IMG/VR virus record: IMGVR_UViG_3300047325_000072
Coordinates: 1-64,000 of that record
Source of the DNA: a virus
Direction: 5' to 3' (one strand)
DNA: 64,000 bases
In this document: positions 1 to 9,852 of the stretch, piece by piece
Layout of the letters: every line of letters starts with the position of its first letter
Numbering within the stretch: the first letter of the stretch is position 1
Position numbers and translations under genes: made by a program
Notes under the pieces: generated by a model
The model's input: the letters and a program-made list of their open reading frames with translations, nothing else
Told to the model about the DNA's origin: nothing
Database searches by the model: none

Positions 1-295
1 CGCGGCATCCGCAACCGGCATCAGAGGCGCGGCATCCGCCACCGGCTACGGCGGCGCGGCATCCGCAACCGGCATCAGAGGCGCGGCATCCGCAACCGGC
101 GTCAGCGGCGCGGCATCCGCAACCGGCATCAGAGGCGCGGCATCCGCCACCGGCTACGGCGGCGCGGCATCCGCAACCGGCGTCAGCGGCGCGGCATCCG
201 CAACCGGCGTCAGCGGCGCGGCATCCGCAACCGGCGTCAGCGGCGCGGCATCCGCAACCGGCATCAGAGGCGCGGCATCCGCAACCGGCTACGGC
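1..295 (+). repeat. 27-bp coding tandem repeat, 11 units (first partial)
   Basis: Unit GGCGCGGCATCCGC(A/C)ACCGGC plus a variable hexamer ATCAGA/TACGGC/GTCAGC. Confidence 0.95.
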
Positions 296-487
296 GGGGT
301 GGCTCTGGCCTCTGGCCTCTATGGCCGAGCTTTAGGCGCTGAGGGTTGTGCCCTCTTCCTTGTGTCGCGCAACCGCGACGATATGTCAATTCGCCACGTG
401 TGGGCGGGCGTCGTGGGGCGTGACGGCATTAAGCCAAACACTTGGTATAAGCTAGATGAGACCGGAAAGCCGGTTGAAGCACCATGA
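2..487 (+). CDS. 5'-truncated phage protein with GAASATGxx nonapeptide repeats
   Basis: The frame from nt 2 is open and continuous with track ORF 299..487. The C-terminus (ALFLV..HVWAGVVGRDGIKPNTWYKLDETGKPVE) is typical of this phage repeat-protein family. Confidence 0.75.
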   Translation, partial: AASATGIRGAASATGYGGAASATGIRGAASATGVSGAASATGIRGAASATGYGGAASATGVSGAASATGVSGAASATGVSGAASATGIRGAASATGYGGVALASGLYGRALGAEGCALFLVSRNRDDMSIRHVWAGVVGRDGIKPNTWYKLDETGKPVEAP

Positions 488-556
488 GCCAGCCACGCGG
501 GCTGCGTGATGACGAGGTCGATGCGCTTGGCTTTGGCTTCCACAGGAGATGAATGG

Positions 557-742
557 ATGCGCAGTAATCTGGTTGATCTCGCAGGTGAAATAATGGCGCA
601 GACCGAGAAAGCTATTCAATTCTTCGATGGCGACCGCAAGGTTTGGCTGCCGCGCTCGCAAATTGAAATCAACGATGACGGCACCATTACGATGCCGGAA
701 TGGCTCGCCAAAGATAAGGAACTAACCGATCCTGTGCGTTGA
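557..742 (+). CDS. small conserved phage protein
   Basis: AGGAG upstream of the ATG. The TEKAI..DG..VWLPRSQI..TMPEWLA pattern is seen in small phage proteins. Confidence 0.65.
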   Translation: MRSNLVDLAGEIMAQTEKAIQFFDGDRKVWLPRSQIEINDDGTITMPEWLAKDKELTDPVR

Positions 743-854
743 CTTCGACGGTGTGATCCACAGCTATACGAGCGGGTGGAAAGGTGCGTGCAACATTCCG
801 GACCCGCCGGTGAAAGGCGCACTAACCTGGCTCTACACGGCCGAATGGTGGTAA
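726..854 (+). pseudogene. remnant of a HAD-family phosphatase (N-terminal piece only)
   Basis: Reads PILCVDFDGVIHSYTSGWKGACNIPDPPVKGALTWL (HAD motif I DxDGV). It follows an in-frame TAA at 723 and stops at 852-854. Confidence 0.65.
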
Positions 855-856
855 GG

Positions 857-2038
857 ATGCAAAAAATTGACAGTCTCACGCCCGAGCAATCCGCTCGAAT
901 GGCAGAGTTTAGCGATAAATGGATCAAGATCGGCCTGTCAACGGAGCCGGCGGATCGCCCAAAGGCGGAAGCTGCCATAGCTATAATTTACAAGATTGCT
1001 GGTCTTAAAGCCCCTCGAATCATTTGGTGTTCATCACCTATGGCGATGGCCTTAACGCGGTTTGTTGTTCAAAAGGTTGACAGCGTTGGGGCCAACGTTT
1101 GGCCCAGCGTTGAGGCCAGCGTTCGGGCCAGCGTTGCGGCCAACGTTTGGGACAGCGTTGCGGCCAGCGTCTGGGACAGAGTTGGGGCCAGCATCGGGGT
1201 TAGCGTTGCGGCCAACGTTTGGGAGAGCGTTGGGGCCAGCATCGGGACTAGCATCGGGGCCAGAGTTGGGGTCAGCGTTCGAGACAGCGTTCGAGACAGC
1301 GTTGGCCCCAACGTTTGGAGCAGCGTTCGGGACGGCGTTCGGGACAGAGTTTGGACCAGCGTTTGGACCAGCGTTCGGGACAGCGTTCGGGACAGAGTTT
1401 GGGACAGCGTTCGGGACAGCGTATACGGGCAGCACGAAGCAAATTGGCTTGCTTTTTATGATTTTTTTAGAACTGTTTTGGGTCTTAAAAAGCAAACCGA
1501 GAAATTGGAGGGTTTGGTTAGGCTAGCGACCTCCGCCGGATGGGCGCTTCCACACTCGTCCGTCTGCTGGGTTTCCGAGCGCCATTGTGTAGTTCGTCAG
1601 GATGATCAGAAACGCATACATTGCGAAGACGGTCCCGCGATCCTCTACCCGGATGGCTGGGCAATTTATGCTTGGCACGGCGTGACGGTGCCTTCTGAGT
1701 GGATTACCGATAAATCATCGCTTTCCGCCTCTACCGCTCTCGGCTGGAAAAATATAGAACAGCGGCGCGCCGCTTGCGAGATAGTCGGTTGGGATCGCAT
1801 CCTGGGTGATGAATTAAACGCTAAGACGATCGATAAAGACCCCGACCCGGAGATTGGGGAACTCATCGAAGTTGTTTTACCAGACGCGGGACCTGCGAGA
1901 TTTATCCGCGTCCTCTGTGCGACCGGCAGACGATTTGCAATTCCTGTCCCCGTTACCCTAAGCACGGCGTTAGAGGCCAACGCCTGGACTTACGACATTC
2001 CCGCCCCACTGCTCACAAACAAGGAAAATCGGACATGA
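857..2038 (+). CDS. DUF6745-like phage protein with internal SV(W/R/G)(D/A) repeats
   Basis: C-terminal [24 protein letters not shown] and NIEQRR..EIVGW. The ATG at 857 follows TAAGG. Confidence 0.8.
   Translation: MQKIDSLTPEQSARMAEFSDKWIKIGLSTEPADRPKAEAAIAIIYKIAGLKAPRIIWCSSPMAMALTRFVVQKVDSVGANVWPSVEASVRASVAANVWDSVAASVWDRVGASIGVSVAANVWESVGASIGTSIGARVGVSVRDSVRDSVGPNVWSSVRDGVRDRVWTSVWTSVRDSVRDRVWDSVRDSVYGQHEANWLAFYDFFRTVLGLKKQTEKLEGLVRLATSAGWALPHSSVCWVSERHCVVRQDDQKRIHCEDGPAILYPDGWAIYAWHGVTVPSEWITDKSSLSASTALGWKNIEQRRAACEIVGWDRILGDELNAKTIDKDPDPEIGELIEVVLPDAGPARFIRVLCATGRRFAIPVPVTLSTALEANAWTYDIPAPLLTNKENRT
1082..1421 (+). repeat. 12-bp degenerate coding tandem repeat
   Basis: Repeated AGCGTT(T/C/G)GG(G/A)(A/C)C-like units encoding SVxx tetrapeptides. 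Confidence 0.9.
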
Positions 2039-2376
2039 AAACAGTCACCTACAGACCGTCATTTCAGGGCGATGTTATGCTTCGTCGTATCGATACGATC
2101 CCGCAAACGGCAAAGCCGGCCGCGCCCGAGAACGGAAACTACGTGGTAGCGCATAGCGAGACCGGGCATCATCACGTCGTAAAAGAAAGGGGTGCCAAAC
2201 TCCTTATCGACGAAACCAACAAATTCATTGCCTACCTTGAAGTGGCCGAACCAACCGTATTGGAGCATCTACGCTCGTTCGATACCCACGAGTCGTACAT
2301 GCTAGAGCCGGGCAAATATGAGATTCGGAGGCAGCGGGAGCATACTCCGGAAGGATGGCGCCGGGCGCAGGATTAG
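2035..2376 (+). CDS. conserved partner of the DUF6745-like gene
   Basis: QGDV, HSETGHHH, THE..LEPG.YEIRRQRE motifs; ATGA overlap with the upstream gene. Confidence 0.75.
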   Translation: MKTVTYRPSFQGDVMLRRIDTIPQTAKPAAPENGNYVVAHSETGHHHVVKERGAKLLIDETNKFIAYLEVAEPTVLEHLRSFDTHESYMLEPGKYEIRRQREHTPEGWRRAQD

Positions 2377-2380
2377 AGCG

Positions 2381-2653
2381 ATGTCACCGCCTCGATATAC
2401 GGTCCACGCTTTGCCGGGGAATATCGGCAGACCGGGCGCGGCCGAATACATAATTTTTGACACTTTCGTCAACGCGCCGGTCACAGAGATGATTGATCCG
2501 CGATGGACCGCGCAGACTGCCGCGGCGCAGGCCAAGCGAATGAACGAAGCTTATGAAGCCGCGATATGTGGAGTGACTGGAGATGATGTTTCGGGTCATA
2601 GTTGCCCTGTGTATAAGTTCGTGGTCCATAGCGGCCCATTCTCAGACTATTGA
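2381..2653 (+). CDS. hypothetical protein
   Basis: ATG just after the upstream stop; part of track ORF 2318..2653. Confidence 0.45.
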   Translation: MSPPRYTVHALPGNIGRPGAAEYIIFDTFVNAPVTEMIDPRWTAQTAAAQAKRMNEAYEAAICGVTGDDVSGHSCPVYKFVVHSGPFSDY

Positions 2654-2936
2654 CGGAACCAAAAATATAATCGTAGGCTGGGATGCTGGAACTACTATAG
2701 CACCCCATGAGTTCGGCAGCGCGGCTGGCGCGTCTAGTCTCTTGAATGCTGCGTATGCTGGCAACGTGGATCGTCCACCGCAGTACTTAAAGATCGTTCT
2801 TATTACCATCTCTCTTAGCGGTTTTCTGATGTCTTGCATATTAGGACTCAAAGGCAACGGCAATGCGTTTTATCTGGTCGGCGGTTGGATCATCGCAGTC
2901 GTGTCCGGGAGTGCTGTCGTTTGGTGGTGGGTCTGA
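2583..2936 (+). CDS. hypothetical membrane protein
   Basis: Signal-like N-terminus and two C-terminal hydrophobic segments. Confidence 0.5.
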   Translation: MMFRVIVALCISSWSIAAHSQTIDGTKNIIVGWDAGTTIAPHEFGSAAGASSLLNAAYAGNVDRPPQYLKIVLITISLSGFLMSCILGLKGNGNAFYLVGGWIIAVVSGSAVVWWWV

Positions 2937-2945
2937 CGTGTTGTC

Positions 2946-3332
2946 ATGACAGGCTCAACGACAATCAAGGCACTGACAGTAGCAACTGCCCTCATCCTTT
3001 CCGCCGGTAGCAGCCTAAGCAATCCAGCCTATAAATGTTGGACAGATAAAGAAATAGAAAATAAGGCGCACGAAGAGGGCGGTATTCTTCATTTTCTTGG
3101 GGCACATTTATACTTGGAGGTAAATAGACAATGGTATGAAGATCGCGGGTGCTGGGTTCGGCTCGATGCGCCGCCAATAGGAGCGACAAGCTGGGCAGCA
3201 ATGGCGGACAGCCACGATTCTGCGCTCGCTAACGCTGAGGCGTCCATTGAGCGCTCCCGTTTTTTGAGCCTGATTACCTTCGGCTTGGTCGCCATATGGC
3301 TATGCCTGCGCGTTTTGAGGCGTCTGGGTTGA
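2946..3332 (+). CDS. hypothetical exported protein with C-terminal TM anchor
   Basis: Hydrophobic N-terminus; C-terminal FLSLITFGLVAIWLCL followed by basic residues. Confidence 0.55.
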   Translation: MTGSTTIKALTVATALILSAGSSLSNPAYKCWTDKEIENKAHEEGGILHFLGAHLYLEVNRQWYEDRGCWVRLDAPPIGATSWAAMADSHDSALANAEASIERSRFLSLITFGLVAIWLCLRVLRRLG

Positions 3333-3370
3333 CGACCGGATGAAACGAGTCTTGCAAAAGGTGCGTAACC

Positions 3371-4603
3371 ATGACTAATTACGATGTAATCGACAGCGCT
3401 GCTGTACCGATTAAGTGCTGGACGCGTGGCGTTCCGGTAGAGGACGTTGCGCTTACACAACTCCGCAATGTTGCAGCGCTTCCTTTCATTTATCGGCATG
3501 TCGCTGTAATGCCCGACGTTCATTGGGGGGTCGGAGCGACCGTAGGCTCTGTTATCGCCACCCGAGGGGCGGTGGTTCCCGCAGCGGTCGGCGTTGATAT
3601 CGGATGCGGCATGGTAGCTGCACGCCTATCGCTAACGGCGAGCGATTTGCCCGACAACCTGTCTGGTATCCGAAGCTCGATCGAGGCTAACATTCCGCAT
3701 GGACGCACCGCTAACGGTGGTGTCAACGATCGGGGTGCGTGGGGCAACGAACTGCCAAAGGCGGTCCTCGGTGCTTGGAGCCCGACTTGTTATCACCGCT
3801 TGCGAAACATTGTCGCCAAACACCCTAAGTTGTTGAGTTCGGCCGAGCGCGCCCCTCATCACCTCGGTACGCTTGGAACTGGAAATCATTTCGTCGAACT
3901 CTGTTTGGACGAGGATCAACGCGTTTGGCTTATGCTTCACTCCGGTTCGCGCGGCATCGGGAATGCGATCGGCCGCTACTTTATTGACCGCGCCAAAGAG
4001 CATATGCGCCGCTGGTTTATAAGCCTACCTGATGCCGACTTGGCATATCTGCCTGAGAACACTTCGGATTTCGATCACTATATGGAAGCGGTTGGCTGGG
4101 CACAGGATTTTGCCGCAGCCAATCGACAAATTATGTTGATGGCCGCTTTTCAAGCGGTAGTTGGCATTTTACAGCGCCCGGACATAATTTTCACCGAGGA
4201 AGCAATAAATTGTCATCATAACTACGTTTCTCGCGAAAACCATTTCAAAGCCAATGTTCTTGTTACGCGCAAAGGCGCAGTGCGAGCGCGCGAAGGAGAC
4301 CTGGGGATAATTCCCGGCTCAATGGGAACACGCAGCTATATCGTAAGGGGCCGGGGCAATCCCGATAGCTTTACCTCCTGCGCCCACGGTGCCGGCCGGG
4401 CGATGGGGCGGCGTGAGGCGGAGCGGCGCTTTACCCTAGATGACCATGCAGCAGCTACCGCGGGCGTAGAATGCCGCAAGGATGCGGGCGTGCTTGACGA
4501 GACTCCGGGCGCCTACAAGGACATTGACGCGGTTATGGCTGCCCAAACCGATTTGGTCGAGATCGTCCACACTTTGAAGCAGGTTGTCTGTGTCAAAGGC
4601 TAG
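3371..4603 (+). CDS. rtcB: RtcB family RNA 2',3'-cyclic phosphate/5'-OH ligase
   Basis: MPDVH.G.GATVG, VGVDIGCGM, GTLGTGNHF, HSGSRG, HHNY, RKGA, IPGSMG, HGAGR and DETPGAYK are all present. Confidence 0.95.
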   Translation: MTNYDVIDSAAVPIKCWTRGVPVEDVALTQLRNVAALPFIYRHVAVMPDVHWGVGATVGSVIATRGAVVPAAVGVDIGCGMVAARLSLTASDLPDNLSGIRSSIEANIPHGRTANGGVNDRGAWGNELPKAVLGAWSPTCYHRLRNIVAKHPKLLSSAERAPHHLGTLGTGNHFVELCLDEDQRVWLMLHSGSRGIGNAIGRYFIDRAKEHMRRWFISLPDADLAYLPENTSDFDHYMEAVGWAQDFAAANRQIMLMAAFQAVVGILQRPDIIFTEEAINCHHNYVSRENHFKANVLVTRKGAVRAREGDLGIIPGSMGTRSYIVRGRGNPDSFTSCAHGAGRAMGRREAERRFTLDDHAAATAGVECRKDAGVLDETPGAYKDIDAVMAAQTDLVEIVHTLKQVVCVKG

Positions 4604-4617
4604 CTGCAAAATAACGC

Positions 4618-4646
4618 TTTACTTTAGCCTGCGATAAGCCTAGAAA
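4618..4646 (+). promoter_or_regulatory. sigma70-like promoter P1
   Basis: TTTACT-N17-TAGAAA, preceded by AAAATAAC; same pattern as five other sites. Confidence 0.6.
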
Positions 4647-4680
4647 TCTCTAACGGATCAGAGAACGCTGGAGACGCCCC

Positions 4681-4842
4681 ATGACCGACCTGAGCCACTT
4701 GGACGCCCTAGCCGGGAAACTGGCCGCCGCAATGAAGCCCGCACCCAAAACGAGCGGGCCTTTCGCGAGCTCGAGATTGCCGCTGACGATGGAAGAAATT
4801 CTTATGAGCGATGATGAATTGCTCGCGGAATTGAAGGAATAG
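4681..4842 (+). CDS. 53-aa hypothetical protein (below the ORF-track cutoff)
   Basis: GGAGA RBS, then ATG to TAG with an acidic C-terminus, directly after P1. Confidence 0.55.
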   Translation: MTDLSHLDALAGKLAAAMKPAPKTSGPFASSRLPLTMEEILMSDDELLAELKE

Positions 4843-4845
4843 GCG

Positions 4846-5478
4846 ATGATTAAGCTCGATCGCACCATAGCGCGGTCCGTCGCTTTTGCTGTCGGCGACA
4901 GGCATCGCCGGGATAATGGCCGCATCAATCGGCCTTGGGATGAGTCAGATTGGAATGCGGCATGTGATGAATACGATCGGTTGATGGACATCATCGAGGC
5001 AGTCGAAACGCAGCAGGCTGGGCCTGAGCTTCCGACGGTTTTAAGCGAAAGACAGAATGAAAAACCAATTCTTGATTATATTTCTAAGTGGCCCGAGGGG
5101 GTGGATGGCTTTACCGCCGGCTATCTCGGCGGAGCCGAATGGGGTGTCCCCGAAGAATATTACCGCAAGGATCGCATAAAGGGCTGGTTTCCTGATGCTA
5201 TCGAGCGGGCAAAACGCGAGTGTCGAGAGTTTCAGGTGGCCAATGTGGCGGACTTGGACCTTTACTACCAAATGGCCGGGCGTTATATCGGCCGAGCTGG
5301 CCGTAATTTCTGGCTCGCTCGCAACACTTGCATCACCGGCTTCTGGGAAGACTTTGATGCAACTAAATATCCCGATGGGCGAGCCATAATCGACAGGCTG
5401 ACCACGGCTGCGCGGGCTACCGGCTCGCGCCATGTTTGCGTCGCTGAGAACGGCTACATGTACCTGCATTCTTTCTGA
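4846..5478 (+). CDS. hypothetical phage protein, possibly chimeric
   Basis: C-terminal AGRNFWLARN..GFWE resembles the phage AGHDFWLTRN..GFWD family. Confidence 0.6.
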   Translation: MIKLDRTIARSVAFAVGDRHRRDNGRINRPWDESDWNAACDEYDRLMDIIEAVETQQAGPELPTVLSERQNEKPILDYISKWPEGVDGFTAGYLGGAEWGVPEEYYRKDRIKGWFPDAIERAKRECREFQVANVADLDLYYQMAGRYIGRAGRNFWLARNTCITGFWEDFDATKYPDGRAIIDRLTTAARATGSRHVCVAENGYMYLHSF

Positions 5479-5670
5479 CAATTTCGAAAGCCGATTGCAT
5501 GCTGTGTGGCCCGCTACCTTGCGTTGGCTGGGGTCTGGGGCTTTCGGCTGGCAGTAAGGAAGGTTGCTGTCCACGGTGTTGGTTTGAGCCAAGCGTGTGG
5601 GTGAGTTGCTCGCCGGCGGCGGCGGTGGGGCTTCAAGCATGCGCGGCCTTTTGTCGAAGGGGGATAACCC

Positions 5671-6036
5671 ATGACGAAGTACAGCAACCCGAGGCTGCGG
5701 GCGACGGTTGAGAACTGGCCGCTTGGCCGCCACAAGCGGGGTACGGCCGTGTTTTGGATCCAGACAGACATACGACGGGGCCAGCGGGCTTGCCGGATTA
5801 CGACGGGGGCGGTGAAGAAGCTCGCTTACGCACGGAAAGTTCGGATCGTCGATGGCGACGACGGGCGCATTTATATCATCATGTTGACTAAACCCGGCTT
5901 CATAGTGGTTGACCGCAGCGACATGAGGTTCAGCGAAGAGGCTATTTTCCCGACGATCGGCTACGGCGACGAGAGATCTAACGATCCGCGGTTTGCGGAG
6001 GTTATGGCGCTGTTCGACGCGGAGGTACCCGCATGA
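5671..6036 (+). CDS. hypothetical phage protein
   Basis: AAGGGGG RBS; overlaps the next gene by ATGA. Confidence 0.65.
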   Translation: MTKYSNPRLRATVENWPLGRHKRGTAVFWIQTDIRRGQRACRITTGAVKKLAYARKVRIVDGDDGRIYIIMLTKPGFIVVDRSDMRFSEEAIFPTIGYGDERSNDPRFAEVMALFDAEVPA

Positions 6037-6437
6037 CGGAACCTCGCCCTCTTACGCTCGTGCAGTTCGCTCACGAGCGCGGATTGGTTACGACCGCTGA
6101 TGTGGATGGCCACATTCACGCTGGGCTGCGCTCTATGCCTACGACCAAGACTTACGCGCGATGGAACGCAGCCGCTCTTGCGAAATTGCAGGCGGATAGG
6201 GACGCGACAACGGCCGCTTACAGGGCGGCCATTGAGGCCGGCGAAATACGTGAGTTTACCCGTGCGGAACGATTGGAATTGCAAGCAAACGGGCACCCGG
6301 ACAACGAATCCACCCGCGCCGCTCAGCGGCTTCTGGCCAAAAGGAAGATGACGGAAGATGTTGATAGGTTTGGACTGTCTGCACAGAGCAATGATACCTC
6401 TCCGCCCCATGCGTTCCCACCAGAAAGCCGCATTTGA
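6033..6437 (+). CDS. hypothetical phage protein
   Basis: GGAGG RBS; ATGA overlap. Confidence 0.55.
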   Translation: MTEPRPLTLVQFAHERGLVTTADVDGHIHAGLRSMPTTKTYARWNAAALAKLQADRDATTAAYRAAIEAGEIREFTRAERLELQANGHPDNESTRAAQRLLAKRKMTEDVDRFGLSAQSNDTSPPHAFPPESRI

Positions 6438-7917
6438 TGCGAGTTGGGATAAACCCTATTGGGGCTATCTGTTTGACCCCAGGGTTGGCAAAACCAAGGT
6501 TGTCCTAGACGTGCTCGCGGCCAATTACCCGGCGCGTGTCAACGCGGCGCTGATCGTTTCCTATCCCAGCGGCGTCAATCGCGTCTGGGGAGAGGACGAA
6601 GTTCCAAAGGATATCCCGTCTGCGCTTAATCCGGCCACCGTGGTTTGGCGCTCGGGAAAGATGGAGTCCAAACTATCAAAACAAAAGCTATCTGAGCTTT
6701 TGATTTGGGACGGTCTCACAATCCTATCGGTAAATTGCGAGGCGATCATAACCGAGGGCTGCTGGAAATACGTCCAACGCTTTCTTGACAAGCGCCGAGT
6801 ATTGGTCTGCGCCGATGAATCTAGTTTTATGGCGTCTCCTGGCGCAGCCCGCACCAAGCGCATGCTTGCGATCGGGCGTCATCCGAACGCTGTCATGCGG
6901 CGCATTACGGACGGCAGCCCGGTAGACGAGTCAGCCCTTGATTTGTGGGCACCCTGCGCCTTTCTGGGCGGCCGCGGCGAGCATCCTCTAGGCTTTCGTA
7001 CCTTTTATGCTTTTAAGGCTCGGTATGCCAAGCTCGATAAGGGCTATGCAAGGGGCCGGCAATTTGAAAAGGTCGTCGGTTATCGCAACCTGGAGGAGTT
7101 GAGCGAGAAACTAGCCAGGTTTACGCATCGCGTGCGTCGCGAGGACGTTTCCGATGCACCCTCTAAGACCTATCAAAAGCGGCTATTTCAGCTTAGCCCG
7201 GTACAACGCAAGGTCTACGATCGGCTCCGCGAAGAGTACGTGGCTGAATTATCCGATCGCCAGCTAACAATTGCTAACGTGCTGGATCGTCTTACCAAAT
7301 TGTCCATGGTCGCGCGGGGTTACTTTCCGCCGACGCGTTACAGTAATCCGTGCCCAGCTTGCAAGGGCGTGCAGCGGGATTGTCCAGATTGCGAAGGGTT
7401 AGGCGTGCAGATAGATCATGTGCCGCTAACCCGGATCGACCCCGAGCGTAACCCGGCACAGGAGGCTTTACGATTAGAGGTTGCATCGTGCCGCGGGCCT
7501 CTGATCGTTTGGTGTCGTTTTCGCCTTGATGTTGAGGATGCTCTTAAGACCGTGCGTGAGAGCGGCCGGCTTACCGGGCAGTACGACGGCACGATTGCAG
7601 CCGCCGAGCGAGAGGCGAGCTATCTGGCCTTTAAGGGAGGCGAGCTTGACGCGATCGTTGCCACTGTCGGGTCCGGGATAAGCCGCGGGCACGATCTTTC
7701 GCGTGCTTTGGACCTGATTTATTTTTCGGACGGATACAGCATGAGAGGCCGGCGTCAAACCGAGGACCGAGCCGAGACGATAAACCGGCAGGTTTCCACC
7801 GGAATAATCGACCTGATCGCTGAAGATACTGTAGACGAGGCTCGCTTAGAGGCTCAACGCAACAAGCGCTCCCTGGCGGAGATGATAATGCGGGATAAGC
7901 CGAGTAAGTGGATTTAA
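6391..7917 (+). CDS. SNF2-like superfamily 2 DNA helicase with a CxxC..CxxC insertion
   Basis: Q motif (HQ), DPRVGKT, DESS, DGSP, GHDL, QTEDRA; CPACKGVQRDCPDCEG insert. Start uncertain. Confidence 0.85.
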   Translation: MIPLRPMRSHQKAAFDASWDKPYWGYLFDPRVGKTKVVLDVLAANYPARVNAALIVSYPSGVNRVWGEDEVPKDIPSALNPATVVWRSGKMESKLSKQKLSELLIWDGLTILSVNCEAIITEGCWKYVQRFLDKRRVLVCADESSFMASPGAARTKRMLAIGRHPNAVMRRITDGSPVDESALDLWAPCAFLGGRGEHPLGFRTFYAFKARYAKLDKGYARGRQFEKVVGYRNLEELSEKLARFTHRVRREDVSDAPSKTYQKRLFQLSPVQRKVYDRLREEYVAELSDRQLTIANVLDRLTKLSMVARGYFPPTRYSNPCPACKGVQRDCPDCEGLGVQIDHVPLTRIDPERNPAQEALRLEVASCRGPLIVWCRFRLDVEDALKTVRESGRLTGQYDGTIAAAEREASYLAFKGGELDAIVATVGSGISRGHDLSRALDLIYFSDGYSMRGRRQTEDRAETINRQVSTGIIDLIAEDTVDEARLEAQRNKRSLAEMIMRDKPSKWI

Positions 7918-8177
7918 AGTTACTGGCGCAGCGCATCCGGGCGACGACGACAATGTGCATCGAACAGATATTGCGTTCGCCGATTCGATTGGGCTTCAAG
8001 CTGGAATGGGCGAATCCTCACAGAGTTTTCTTCCAGGACTGCGGCATCCTAGAAATAGACGCAGATCAGTGCCTCGGGGTTGGGCATATCGCCATAACCC
8101 CAGGGATGTTTCGCGGGTATATCACTCACGATGTGGATGATAGTTTAAAGATACTTAGAAACCAATTGGATTATTGA
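7908..8177 (+). CDS. hypothetical protein
   Basis: GTG start overlapping the helicase end. Confidence 0.45.
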   Translation: MDLKLLAQRIRATTTMCIEQILRSPIRLGFKLEWANPHRVFFQDCGILEIDADQCLGVGHIAITPGMFRGYITHDVDDSLKILRNQLDY

Positions 8178-8283
8178 TCCGATATCTCATCAGGAAAATC
8201 AAATCGTCCGTCAAATCCTACAAGCCGGAGAACGACACATGAATTATGGCCCCAAATGGCTGGTCCGGTGGGGGAGACAATCA

Positions 8284-8976
8284 ATGCCCGATATGATAAC
8301 CGTGTTTCAATTTACCGGCGCGGTTCTTTTTGAACTAGAATGTGCTTCGCTGAAGCTGTGTGTCGAAGCAGCTATTAACAGCGGCGTGGACCTTCGCGGC
8401 GCGAGCCTCGACGGCGCGAGCCTTGAACGCGCGAACCTTCGCGGCGCGATCCTTTGCATCGCGAACCTTCGCGGCGCAAATCTTCGCGGCGCGAACCTAG
8501 ACGGCGCGAACCTAGACGGCGTGTACCTTCAGGGCGCTAACCTCGACGGTGCGTTCCTCCGCAACGCGAATCTCCGCAACGCAAATCTCCGCGGCGCGAA
8601 TCTTGATGGCGCGATCCTCGACGACGCTAACCTCGACGGTGCGTTCCTTCGCGGCGCGAATCTCCGCGGCGCGAATCTCCGCGACGCGAACCTTGATGGC
8701 GCGAACCTTGATGGCGCGAACCTTGATGGCGCGAACCTTGATGGCCACAAAGTTAATGGCACGGTCGGTATCATCTGGGCCGGGCTCGCGTTCGGCTATG
8801 TTGATCGCGTAACACAACAACTCCGCGTGCGCGTCGGTTGCCGGAACAAAGAAATCGGCGAGGGACGCGCGTACTGGTCATCCCCAGATCACCCCGCTTT
8901 GGAAAAGCGGCGCGAGGTCTTGGCCGCGCTCGATTACATCGAAGCAGTCGCACGTCTGCGCGGATGGGGGTCGTAA
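8284..8976 (+). CDS. pentapeptide-repeat protein, paralog 1
   Basis: A(N/S/F/I)LxG repeats between FTGAVLFELEC and ..VRVGCRNKE..ARLRGWGS domains. Confidence 0.9.
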   Translation: MPDMITVFQFTGAVLFELECASLKLCVEAAINSGVDLRGASLDGASLERANLRGAILCIANLRGANLRGANLDGANLDGVYLQGANLDGAFLRNANLRNANLRGANLDGAILDDANLDGAFLRGANLRGANLRDANLDGANLDGANLDGANLDGHKVNGTVGIIWAGLAFGYVDRVTQQLRVRVGCRNKEIGEGRAYWSSPDHPALEKRREVLAALDYIEAVARLRGWGS

Positions 8977-9172
8977 TGACGGACAGCTTGCCCGAACGAG
9001 ATAATGAAACCTATTTGGGAGATGGGGTCTACGCATCGTTTAACGGGTGGGAAGTGAGGTTCCCCGAGAGGACGGCGATCACTGGATCGTGCTCGGCCCG
9101 GACGAATATCAGGAACTGCGTCTATCCCGCGCTTCACAAACATATGGAGGGATAGAGTATGACCGCGAATAA
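8976..9172 (+). pseudogene. frameshifted small phage gene (YLGDGVYAS family)
   Basis: MTDSLPERDNETYLGDGVYASFNGWEVR continues in another frame as PREDGDHWIVLGPDEYQEL; break near 9060. Confidence 0.55.
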
Positions 9173-9178
9173 TAACAC

Positions 9179-9207
9179 TTTACTTACGGCTAAAAACCCC
9201 CTATAAG
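9179..9207 (+). promoter_or_regulatory. sigma70-like promoter P2
   Basis: TTTACT-N17-TATAAG with AATAATAAC upstream. Confidence 0.75.
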
Positions 9208-9243
9208 GGTTTTGCGTTTTAACCGGGGAGCCTCGATAACCGT

Positions 9244-9837
9244 ATGACTGAATTAGATATCGAACCGGCCCCAGAGCCGAGCGATGCCGAGCGGGCGCAC
9301 TGCTCAGAGTTGGCGCGACGGCTACAGGCGGAGGAGCGGGAGGTAATGCGCGCGACGGCTGCTCTCCAGCAGGCGTTGGACGCGTTAAGGATCACCCGTG
9401 AGCGCGACCTTCCGGAGGCGATGCGCGCCGCAGGTCAAAGCGAGTTTAAGCTGCTCGACGGCACTCCGGTTAAGCTGGAGGATCGCTACGATGCTGCGAT
9501 GCTCAAGAGCGAGGAAAACCCCGCTGGACTAGCCTACGTGCTGGAAAACGAGGGCGAAAGCCTGATCAAATGCATCGTAACGGTTGACTTCGACCGGGAT
9601 GACCGCCTAGCGGCTCATGCGCTCGCGGATCGGATCCGCGCGGAGAGCAACTCGGCGAAAGCGGTAAAGGTCGCCGAGTTTATTCACCACTCTACCTTAG
9701 CCGCATGGGTGCGGGAAATGGTCGAGGAAGGGCGAGACCCGCCTTTGGATACGCTAGGGGCGCATCGCACAACCCGCGCACGGGTAGGTGCTCGCGCTCC
9801 GAAAACTGTCGATTTAAAAGGTTTAGTACAACGTTAA
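9244..9837 (+). CDS. conserved replication-module protein of YuA/M6-like phages
   Basis: DLPEAM..G.SEFKL.DG, G.SLIK..V.V.F, IH.STL.AWVRE..E.G pattern; lies upstream of the SSB-like gene. Confidence 0.6.
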   Translation: MTELDIEPAPEPSDAERAHCSELARRLQAEEREVMRATAALQQALDALRITRERDLPEAMRAAGQSEFKLLDGTPVKLEDRYDAAMLKSEENPAGLAYVLENEGESLIKCIVTVDFDRDDRLAAHALADRIRAESNSAKAVKVAEFIHHSTLAAWVREMVEEGRDPPLDTLGAHRTTRARVGARAPKTVDLKGLVQR

Positions 9838-9852
9838 AGAGGGAGAAACTAC

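Noticed and set aside
1-295. CRISPR array
   Set aside because: The variable part is only 6 nt with three recurring alleles, the unit is an in-frame multiple of 3, and no cas genes are present.
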